A DNA stretch of 41,708 bases from a virus (taxonomy: Duplodnaviria; Caudoviricetes). How positions within the stretch are numbered: the first letter of the stretch is position 1; every line of letters starts with the position of its first letter. The DNA lies in the IMG/VR virus record IMGVR_UViG_3300037308_000090, positions 1 to 41,708 of that record; one strand, written 5' to 3'. The notes below the pieces were generated by a model that made no database searches, was not told the origin of the DNA, and saw only the letters and a program-made list of their open reading frames with translations. A program made the translations under genes and the position numbers. This document shows, one piece after another, positions 34,720 through 41,708 of the stretch.

Positions 34720-35787
34720 TTACGAGATGGTGTGCAGAACTCCCTGCATGCGGCGGTTGCTGGTGGTGAGCTCGCCCTTTACCACCACCTGAGCCACACG
34801 ATCGAGCTGCTTGGGAATGGTTTTCCACGGCGTCATGTAGAAGTACGCCGAGGACTCCGCGATGAACTCGAGGTACCGCTCGTTCAGGAAGCGGATCTCG
34901 GTCTCAGGAGCGGAGGGGCTGTAGGTGATGGCCATGCCCTTGTACCGCAGAGCCTCGAAACCAGCGTCGCCCATATCCCGATCGTACACCTGCAGGAGCT
35001 GGGTGAGCGCGGACTCGTAGTTCTCGTACACCAGGCTGTGACCGATCCCCAGGGTTGGGTGGTCGTTGCCGATGGAGCACAGAGTGTACAACTTACGGAA
35101 GTTGTACGCGTAGCTGTTGTCGCCGGACGGCATGGCGGCAACTTCCCACGTTCGGGTCTTGTTCTGCCAGTACGTGTTGGTGGCCGCATCGATGCCACCG
35201 ACAGCACCGCTCGCTGGGTTGGCCGTGGGGACGTTCTGAACTAGGGCCTGGATGCCCAGCAGATCGAGACCACTGTTCCCGGTGCCGTCCCCAAAGACCA
35301 TCGTCTCCAGGGCGTCGATCATCGAGAGCTCGAGGTTCTTGAGCTTGGTCTCAGCCAAGTTCATGATGGCCTCTTTGTTTTTGTTCTCGGTGTCCTCGCT
35401 GAACAACCGCATGAGGGATCCCGCCACGTACTTCCAGTTGTACTGGGCGGTCGTGACGATCTGCGGGTTGGCCAACTCGATCTCGGCACCAGGTGCGATG
35501 GAGCTGACGGTGGTGTTCTTACCGTACATCACCTGGACGCCGATCCAACGACCACCGGACTCCTTCCGGATCCGGCCCCGCTTGTTCAGCCAATACCACA
35601 ACGGGGTGGCGTTGAAGATGTTGTCCACAGCCTCCCCACGCATCAGCTGCCACGTGGTGGAGTAGTAGTTGTCGAGAACCTCCGTGATCGACTCCGGAGA
35701 TGCGGCGCCGAACATGATCGGCAGGAACTTCCGATCGAAGGTCGGCCGGTAAACCTTGTTGGGTGCCAACTGGATGTAGGGTTTCAT
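34720..35787 (-). CDS. Major capsid protein
   Basis: Start MKPYIQL overlaps the scaffold stop (ATGA); DNIFNATPL..WL, GDGTG, GGID...NTYWQN, GFEALRYKG, FLNERYL, GELTTSNRRMQG; strongly biased codon usage. Confidence 0.88.
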   Translation of the reverse strand: MKPYIQLAPNKVYRPTFDRKFLPIMFGAASPESITEVLDNYYSTTWQLMRGEAVDNIFNATPLWYWLNKRGRIRKESGGRWIGVQVMYGKNTTVSSIAPGAEIELANPQIVTTAQYNWKYVAGSLMRLFSEDTENKNKEAIMNLAETKLKNLELSMIDALETMVFGDGTGNSGLDLLGIQALVQNVPTANPASGAVGGIDAATNTYWQNKTRTWEVAAMPSGDNSYAYNFRKLYTLCSIGNDHPTLGIGHSLVYENYESALTQLLQVYDRDMGDAGFEALRYKGMAITYSPSAPETEIRFLNERYLEFIAESSAYFYMTPWKTIPKQLDRVAQVVVKGELTTSNRRMQGVLHTIS

Positions 35788-36482
35788 GCTAGACTGTCCT
35801 TGTTGCCCACGACCTGCTGCCATGCACGTTCGAGAGCGGCCGCCGTCCCCTTGGTCTTGGGTTCTACAACATTCCCACCCTGAGGGTTGTTCGGCGTTGC
35901 TCCCGGAGTTGGCTTCGGTTTGGGCTGTCTTGGTCCAACTTCGGCTTTGGCAAGGTTGTAACACTGCTGGGCGGTCAGGTTCGGATTTCTCTTGGCCAAT
36001 TCGAACATCTCCTTCTGGTAGAGCCAGAAGTCTTCGTGCTTCGCCGCAGTTGCCTGGATGTCCCTGTTGGCACGATCCATCTCCGTTGTATCCCGAATCG
36101 GAGTGACCGCTGCGTTGATCTCGCCCTTGAGTGCCATCATCATGTATTGAGCGAAATCTTTCATGGACATGTTGTCCCAATCAGGCTCCGCTCCCTGTTT
36201 CGGTTGTGCCCCAGAGGTATCACCTCGAGGCCTCCCACCCTGAGAATCACCACCTTGTTTGCTGGCGATGAATTCCAGGTAGGATGGATCGAGCAGCAAC
36301 CTTGCGTACTCTTGGTTCTGCTCGGTCAACCTTGCGAGCTGAGAGGTCACCTGCTGGAACTGCTCCTGCGTGACTCCTGGGTTTGGTGGGGGAGTTCCTT
36401 CATTATTTGGAGGAGGGTTTCCGCCGGCCGTTTCTTGCCTACCGAAGTGGATTGGTTTGTTGGTCAAATCAATTCGCATCAC
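35784..36482 (-). CDS. Capsid scaffolding protein
   Basis: Pro-rich and helical, lies between portal and capsid, ends AAALERAWQQ. Confidence 0.7.
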   Translation of the reverse strand: MMRIDLTNKPIHFGRQETAGGNPPPNNEGTPPPNPGVTQEQFQQVTSQLARLTEQNQEYARLLLDPSYLEFIASKQGGDSQGGRPRGDTSGAQPKQGAEPDWDNMSMKDFAQYMMMALKGEINAAVTPIRDTTEMDRANRDIQATAAKHEDFWLYQKEMFELAKRNPNLTAQQCYNLAKAEVGPRQPKPKPTPGATPNNPQGGNVVEPKTKGTAAALERAWQQVVGNKDSLA

Positions 36483-36774
36483 GAGCCTCCTCGTAGCTCT
36501 CCGGGAGCCTCCGCCCCCGTTTGTTGGTTTTGGTTGGGGCTGTTTTGATGTAGCCCCCCACCTTCTCCAGCTCTCTATCGAGCTGTTTCGTTGACGTGAT
36601 TTCCACAGGTGCGTGACCCAAGTGTGGATGCCAAAACGGAGTAAACTTATACATGTTGGCCTTCGGCAACCACACCGTGTCAGCAGACCCGCAGTAGGGA
36701 CACTGAACGTTGGTAATCCTTAGGGCTTCAAAAACCTTCTTACAACCATTACACTCGAGATCGTGTCTTGGCAT
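36469..36774 (-). CDS. FmdB-like zinc-ribbon protein
   Basis: MPRHDLECNGCKKVFE.....CPYCGS; this type of gene commonly follows the portal. Confidence 0.75.
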   Translation of the reverse strand: MPRHDLECNGCKKVFEALRITNVQCPYCGSADTVWLPKANMYKFTPFWHPHLGHAPVEITSTKQLDRELEKVGGYIKTAPTKTNKRGRRLPESYEEARDAN

Positions 36775-38533
36775 TGTTGTTCCCACCACTGTTGCGGCCA
36801 CCTTGCTGAGTCTGCCTATTGCTACCAGGCTTAGGTTGACCACCACCTTGACCCAACTGTCCAGATTGAATGGCCTGCATCAGTATTTGCATCTGGTACT
36901 TTTTTTCGTCCACCAGCAGGTCTTGGGGCATAATGTCATCGAATTGGCTGATTGCCCACGAGTACAACCTCTGCTGATCAATCCGAGGATCTCCCCGGAA
37001 CATTTGGAACGTGTTGGTCGCCACCTTCTGTCTCTGCATCCGAGTGAGGGGTACTACCGAGTCTGGAATCACTGAGAGGGTATAATCTCCTCGGATCTCT
37101 GGCCCAGAGTAAGGAGTCCACCCACCCAGTGACGTTACTTCAATAATCCTCCTTTCTGTCCACTGATCAAAAATGATAGGGTGGATCTTCCCTCGGAAGA
37201 GCCGTTCAAGTAGATCCGCTACCTGATCTCGTCGCTCATCCGACCTGAGTTGGAGTGCTTGCTGAACAATGTGTGCCTCGGTGGCGGTCCGTCGAGACAC
37301 ATCAAAGTCGCCCGCTTGGTTTCGGCTGAATCCCAAAACCTCACGTACATCATCCCGAATGACTTCGGATACCTTAAACAAGTCGCTGGACATGTTGGCG
37401 GCAAGGGGGAGGATGAGTTGCCTTGGATCACCGTTCACTCCCACAGCACAAACCTCTCCATTCATCATCTTTGTGATCTCTCCACGATCAATCAAATTCT
37501 TATCGTAGAGGAACTTCAAGATGGCGGAGCGTTTGTGCATCATCTCCAACGTTCGTGTCTCGTTGTACTCAATCACTTGTTGATGAATTTGGTGAGCATC
37601 CGACTCGCCCCAGAAGTCCCAACCTACAGAGTTGAACTGCAAAATCTCGGCTGGAGCATCGATGCTCAAATTGTGTTTGTCATCTCTCAAAAACTTCTCA
37701 TGTTCCTCAACAACAAACCTGATACGACGCTCCCGTTTGTCCCAAACCTCCCAACCCTCAACCATCGGAATCTGGTCGCGAACCTCTCCCTGCTTCACCA
37801 AAGAGGGACTCTTTAAAGGAGATGAGTCCATATCCCAAGTAACGTTCTCCCTAAGGTCCCTCGTATGGGAGTACACAGGATCGCTCTGGAAATCTTCCAA
37901 CGGTCTCCGGACTCGGAACGCACACCAAGGTGCCCCATAAAAGTCCGTGCACCCATATGGAACAACGAAATCCTCGGGCTGACAACGAAGTACCCAAGGA
38001 CTGTTGGGCTTAACCCAATCATGATAGGAGTACTTCCTCAAATCCTCGTCTTCTTCCCCCAGCTCCTCGGAGCTCATTGCAGGACCAAGAAGTTCCGCTA
38101 TCGCACTCATTGCTCCAGAAGGGGCGGCCAGGTTGGTTCCCTCCTTAGGCAACTCCGTTCCAACAGAGTGGTACCCAACCTTGAAGACAGCCATGTTGGT
38201 AAGAAATGCATCAATGATGCCGAGCTTCAGCTGTTGCTTCAACCCAATATGAGGAATCAACCACTTGTCAACAGCTTCGACGATTTTCGCGTTGCGAGCG
38301 TACTGAGGTGCGTTGGGTGTCACAAGAATTGTTGGCTGCTTGAAATACAATTGTGGAACCAAGGCGCGACCTATCGCAAAGATAAGGTTGACGCTAACAG
38401 CGTCTTGTGGGTACTCATTGTGATACCAACCTTGGTACCTCTTCCACTTCTCAAGTCGGCGCTTGGCTCCAAGGTAGGAGACACCGTACCCCAATTGTTC
38501 CTTCCACCACGATAGGTCGCGCTTGATTGCCAC
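36749..38533 (-). CDS. Portal protein
   Basis: 594 aa after the terminase; VNLIF....LVPQLYFKQP, EVWDK, RRTATEA, Gln/Gly-rich tail. Confidence 0.88.
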   Translation of the reverse strand: MAIKRDLSWWKEQLGYGVSYLGAKRRLEKWKRYQGWYHNEYPQDAVSVNLIFAIGRALVPQLYFKQPTILVTPNAPQYARNAKIVEAVDKWLIPHIGLKQQLKLGIIDAFLTNMAVFKVGYHSVGTELPKEGTNLAAPSGAMSAIAELLGPAMSSEELGEEDEDLRKYSYHDWVKPNSPWVLRCQPEDFVVPYGCTDFYGAPWCAFRVRRPLEDFQSDPVYSHTRDLRENVTWDMDSSPLKSPSLVKQGEVRDQIPMVEGWEVWDKRERRIRFVVEEHEKFLRDDKHNLSIDAPAEILQFNSVGWDFWGESDAHQIHQQVIEYNETRTLEMMHKRSAILKFLYDKNLIDRGEITKMMNGEVCAVGVNGDPRQLILPLAANMSSDLFKVSEVIRDDVREVLGFSRNQAGDFDVSRRTATEAHIVQQALQLRSDERRDQVADLLERLFRGKIHPIIFDQWTERRIIEVTSLGGWTPYSGPEIRGDYTLSVIPDSVVPLTRMQRQKVATNTFQMFRGDPRIDQQRLYSWAISQFDDIMPQDLLVDEKKYQMQILMQAIQSGQLGQGGGQPKPGSNRQTQQGGRNSGGNNNAKTRSRV

Positions 38534-38536
38534 GTC

Positions 38537-38668
38537 TTACCCCTTGTTGGACTTGTTGGCCGTCGCTGGTAGGGTCGAGCTGGGCCGCTTCAGCACCCCG
38601 TCCTCGGACTCGGTATCCTTGGGCGACTTGATCTGCCCACCACCTTTGTACACAGGACCGATTGCCAT
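38537..38668 (-). CDS. Small hypothetical protein, 43 aa
   Basis: AGGAGG RBS; hand translation MAIGPVYKGGGQIKSPKDTESEDGVLKRPSSTLPATANKSNKG. Confidence 0.55.
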   Translation of the reverse strand: MAIGPVYKGGGQIKSPKDTESEDGVLKRPSSTLPATANKSNKG

Positions 38669-38713
38669 GTTACCCTCCTGGAGCATCCGTACGACACGGA
38701 CGCCTACGTTGTA

Positions 38714-38914
38714 CTACAGCCCCCTCTTGCCCATCTTGAACCCGGCCGCGCTTGACCGAGCGGCTAGGGGCTTCTTCCTCAAACCGGAACTCTTCCCAAT
38801 CCCACTAACCCCCCCTCCGGTAACCAGGGCGGCCTTAGGACCGAGGGAAAGTCCCCCCGCCAATGCGCTCCTCCCCGCTTTGGAACCTTTTGGACCAAAC
38901 GGCACCTTCGGCAT
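38714..38914 (-). CDS. Small very basic Gly/Lys/Ser-rich protein
   Basis: GAGGAG RBS; 66 aa with no acidic residues; overlaps the terminase end. Confidence 0.5.
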   Translation of the reverse strand: MPKVPFGPKGSKAGRSALAGGLSLGPKAALVTGGGVSGIGKSSGLRKKPLAARSSAAGFKMGKRGL

Positions 38915-40394
38915 TGTACTCTCCTCTCCTCATCCAGGTTGGTTTCGTTTGTGAACGTCGGTACGCTTCCTCGGCCTCAGCCAAGATGGCATCAATGTTG
39001 AAAGGACCAAGAACCCTGGCCTCTACTTGGTCCGCAGGTCTTGCCATCTGGTAAACATGTGCTAGGGCATCAATGATATCATCATGAGCCCCAAATGGAA
39101 ACTCCGTGAGTTCTTTCACCAAGTCTTTGAGATCTGATCGGATCCAAAATGTACCGTTGGCAAAAGGTTCGTGCAAGGCACTGATACGTCCTTCCTTTGT
39201 AATCCGAGACGAAGGACGCAGTTCTCGAATGCTAAACGTGATTCCTGAGCGGCGCATTGCCTCGCGTATGGGCCACATCAACACCCGCTGGAACATAATC
39301 GTCTCGAGTCCCACTCCAGCTGGCTTCCATGTAACATAGGTATCGAAGATCTGATCGATCATCTCGTCGACGCCCCAACGTCCATGCTTGGCGTCCATAA
39401 TGTAGATGTTGAAATCAGGGTCGACACCAATAACGCAGATTCCCGTAAAGTCTCCTCTGATACCTTGACTGAGTGCTGGATCAACAGCCATAAAATACCG
39501 AAGAGGTACGGGAGGTATTTTATCGAAGTACCTAAACCAATCTCGGTTGAAGCTCCGCTGGTCCTCATGTACTGGATCGTTCATGTATTGACAACTAAAG
39601 ATTCGAGGACCTTGTTTGTATAAAATCTGCTGCACTACTTCCTCGGTGAACCGTTCCGGCCAGATAGGAGTCCCCGGATAAGCTGGCTTACCAGTTTCCG
39701 GGTCAATGGTGACCGAGCGAAAAAACTTGTCGTAGTGTGGCTCATTCTCAATTACCCAGCTGATCAAGTCGTTGAAGGCCCACCGAGTTCCAACCACGAT
39801 GTTCTGATACGTTGCTGGGTTCACCGACAAGCTCACAGAGTACTTATGCCAGTCAACCACCTTCTGCATTTGCTCCGGGGTGAGAATCTGATCATCGCCA
39901 ACCAAGTCGTCCTCAACAATTAGATCGTAGTGACGACTGGTAGCTGTAGACTCAACGCCCATTGCCTCGAAGGTGGCTTCTGGGTGGAATTCCGTACGTT
40001 TGATCTCAAATTCAGTGGCAGTGCACTTAGTGGTCTTGAAGTCGGGAATGATCTCGGGGAAGAGCCAACGGAACATCTCATTCTCTTTGTAGAATGAGAT
40101 GATCTTCCTGAGGAAGTGCTGTGCGTTGGTTGCACTTTCGTTGACGAGCAACGTTCTCATGTTGGGATTGCGGATGGTCAACCAAGTTGGGTAGCCTATT
40201 GTAGCAATGTGTGATTTAAGATGCCCTCTAGGTAGGACAAGCAACTTGTGCCTGCTCTGCCCATATTGAAGGAAGTTACACACATCTTTGTGTAGTTGTG
40301 CCGTCATGTCTCGGTAGCCGAAGACCACCTTGCAACAGAAGTAGAGACTGTCTGTTGCCTGCTGACGCATAAATTGACGAAGGTCTTCAGCCAT
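38835..40394 (-). CDS. terL: Terminase large subunit
   Basis: LPRGHLKS Walker A, SRHYDLIVEDD Walker B, VGTRW, AVDPA....GDFTG, HDDIIDAL nuclease motif. Confidence 0.95.
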   Translation of the reverse strand: MAEDLRQFMRQQATDSLYFCCKVVFGYRDMTAQLHKDVCNFLQYGQSRHKLLVLPRGHLKSHIATIGYPTWLTIRNPNMRTLLVNESATNAQHFLRKIISFYKENEMFRWLFPEIIPDFKTTKCTATEFEIKRTEFHPEATFEAMGVESTATSRHYDLIVEDDLVGDDQILTPEQMQKVVDWHKYSVSLSVNPATYQNIVVGTRWAFNDLISWVIENEPHYDKFFRSVTIDPETGKPAYPGTPIWPERFTEEVVQQILYKQGPRIFSCQYMNDPVHEDQRSFNRDWFRYFDKIPPVPLRYFMAVDPALSQGIRGDFTGICVIGVDPDFNIYIMDAKHGRWGVDEMIDQIFDTYVTWKPAGVGLETIMFQRVLMWPIREAMRRSGITFSIRELRPSSRITKEGRISALHEPFANGTFWIRSDLKDLVKELTEFPFGAHDDIIDALAHVYQMARPADQVEARVLGPFNIDAILAEAEEAYRRSQTKPTWMRRGEYNAEGAVWSKRFQSGEERIGGGTFPRS

Positions 40395-40911
40395 TGATCG
40401 TCTTCATCGACATCTCCTGAATCACCGTTCGGGCAAACTCAATGATGTCAGGAGGTAGGTTGACAACCTGAGATACCTGGTGACGCTCTACCGGTTTGTA
40501 TCCAGCTCGATCAGCAAGATCCCTACCTGCATCCAGCTGCACCTTCTCACTCTGCGCCGACCTCATCAAGGTAGCGATCTTAGCAATTGCCTCTGGTGCG
40601 AGGTTCTGCAACTGACAATCCACCAACGTCTTAATAGTGGAGTGAAGCTCAGAACGTCGAGACTCAAGGAGTTCCTTGAACGATGGCTCCAACATCCACC
40701 TTGTGACACATCCAGCTGACACTCCAAGTTGGTTCGCAATATCCACACGGGGTGTCCCAAGGAGAATGAGTTCGATAGCTACCATCTTCTTCTGATCGAT
40801 ATCGGACGTACCGTGAACGGTGTCCGTGATAGCTTGTAGGCTATCCTCGATAGTGAGATCGGGAGCCTTGTCGTAGAGCTTCATTGGTGCCGAGTTCATT
40901 CTCAAACTCAT
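40387..40911 (-). CDS. terS: Terminase small subunit (HTH)
   Basis: IANQLGVSAGCVTRW HTH, SEKVQLDAGRDLADRAG; immediately upstream of terL. Confidence 0.8.
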   Translation of the reverse strand: MSLRMNSAPMKLYDKAPDLTIEDSLQAITDTVHGTSDIDQKKMVAIELILLGTPRVDIANQLGVSAGCVTRWMLEPSFKELLESRRSELHSTIKTLVDCQLQNLAPEAIAKIATLMRSAQSEKVQLDAGRDLADRAGYKPVERHQVSQVVNLPPDIIEFARTVIQEMSMKTING

Positions 40912-41372
40912 GGTGACACAGGCTCCACACGAACTGGAACAACAGTGGATCCAGGTGAGTGAACTTCGAGTGCATCACATTTGACGTCGCCATTGACGAT
41001 GTTGGTTCTGCTAACGGTCATCGTTCCGTAAATGGTCGTAATCCTGGCACAAAAGGTTGCATTGTCTTTGGCCAAGGCCTCGAACACGGCTGGGTCGATC
41101 GAACATCCTAGAATGGGAGCGGGAAGCAAAAGGAAGAGGAGCCCTTTGATCAACATTGGCCTTGAACTAGTGGATGGAGGTCTATACGCCGTTAGTTGGG
41201 TGGTTCCATCAGTGTTGTACGAGTGGGCCACTATTCCGATAGCCCCCTGGATGAAACCCAAGATGAGGAGGATGAGCACCTTGTTGGCTGGTTGGACGAA
41301 GTCGCAGTATTGATTGGCCAACTGACAACCAAGTAGGAGGATTTGCATTAAGGCATTCATCCAACGTGGCAT
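40908..41372 (-). CDS. Membrane protein, holin-like N-terminus plus lipoprotein-like C-terminus
   Basis: Two hydrophobic segments, then an internal MLIKGLLFLLLPAPILG-C lipobox-like signal; GGGAGG RBS. Confidence 0.55.
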   Translation of the reverse strand: MPRWMNALMQILLLGCQLANQYCDFVQPANKVLILLILGFIQGAIGIVAHSYNTDGTTQLTAYRPPSTSSRPMLIKGLLFLLLPAPILGCSIDPAVFEALAKDNATFCARITTIYGTMTVSRTNIVNGDVKCDALEVHSPGSTVVPVRVEPVSP

Positions 41373-41429
41373 TGAAGACCTCCCTTCGTTTCTACGTCAA
41401 CATTTCTTCAGGAACCCTGGCAATCTATG

Positions 41430-41472
41430 AATAATATAGGGCCTGGTGCAAAGGAAGTCACGTTTTCATTTG
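41430..41472 (-). promoter_or_regulatory. Putative late-operon promoter with upstream CAAATGAA box
   Basis: The - strand reads CAAATGAA-aac-GTGACT-N17-TATATT and shares ACCAGGnCCTATATTATT with the promoter at 3367-3409. Confidence 0.7.
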
Positions 41473-41560
41473 ATTCGCCTAAAGACGGACTTTCCGACGT
41501 TTGCTTTAGCAATTGCCTCCTCAGGTTTTTGGTGGTCGGTACTAGAATACCGCTCCCTCT

Positions 41561-41597
41561 GGGGGGGCGGGGGAGTGTGGGGGGTGGGGTGGGGTGG
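41561..41597 (+). other. G-quadruplex-like G-tract cluster
   Basis: G7-C-G5-AGTGT-G6-T-G4-T-G4-T-GG. Confidence 0.6.
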
Positions 41598-41708
41598 TCA
41601 GGCTACGTGATAGGTTCCCAACCTTGGTACGTACAGTGAATAAATGAATTTGTCGGATAGAGTGTAAGACAGGTTAACAATCAAGTTAACCTGAAAACGG
41701 CCGAAAGG
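41582..41708. repeat. Terminal direct repeat, right copy
   Basis: Identical to 1-127. Confidence 0.95.

Noticed and set aside
33747-34769. 340-aa + strand ORF and other long antisense ORFs in the late region
   Set aside because: They are shadows of strongly codon-biased - strand structural genes, with no RBS or recognisable motifs.
35788-36180. N-terminal 131 aa of the 486-aa capsid ORF in the track
   Set aside because: It overlaps the scaffold gene in another frame; the ATGA-coupled start at 35787 is more plausible.
41582-41708. 127-bp terminal repeat as a biological DTR
   Set aside because: The length matches a standard assembler k-mer overlap and the break falls in a G-rich tract. It supports circular completeness but not the real virion ends.
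1-41708. Temperate lifestyle module, RNA polymerase or diversity-generating retroelement
   Set aside because: I recognised no integrase, CI-like repressor, RNA polymerase or reverse transcriptase motifs, and noticed no template/variable repeat pair.

Overview
This window looks like a complete, circularly assembled ~41.6 kb genome of a tailed dsDNA phage with podovirus-like architecture; bases 1-127 are repeated exactly at 41582-41708. The + strand (1-16.8 kb) carries small early genes and a recombination module (Cas4/PD-(D/E)XK nuclease, JAB metalloprotease, Sak4-like ATPase, DUF669 SSB-like protein). It also carries an M15 peptidase, a dispersed 7-deazaguanine pathway (queC, queD, queE, folE, a TGT/DpdA-like protein, plus a DUF3310 protein), a UDG-family A DNA polymerase fusion with His at the 762-equivalent site, and a helicase-like P-loop protein. 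The - strand (41.4-16.8 kb) carries terminases, portal, scaffold, capsid, tail and fibre genes, ejection proteins and a PurD-like ATP-grasp protein. Non-coding highlights read from the sequence: a canonical type II hammerhead ribozyme right after the first gene (301-370), two further structured RNA candidates, and a 19-bp inverted repeat flanking an AT-only tract. There is also a recurring AAATGAA box at four promoter-like sites, a 15-bp repeat heading three small genes, and a G-quadruplex-like tract at the early/late divergence. I recognised no integrase, repressor, RNA polymerase, tRNA or CRISPR array. All calls come from motif recognition by eye, without database searches.
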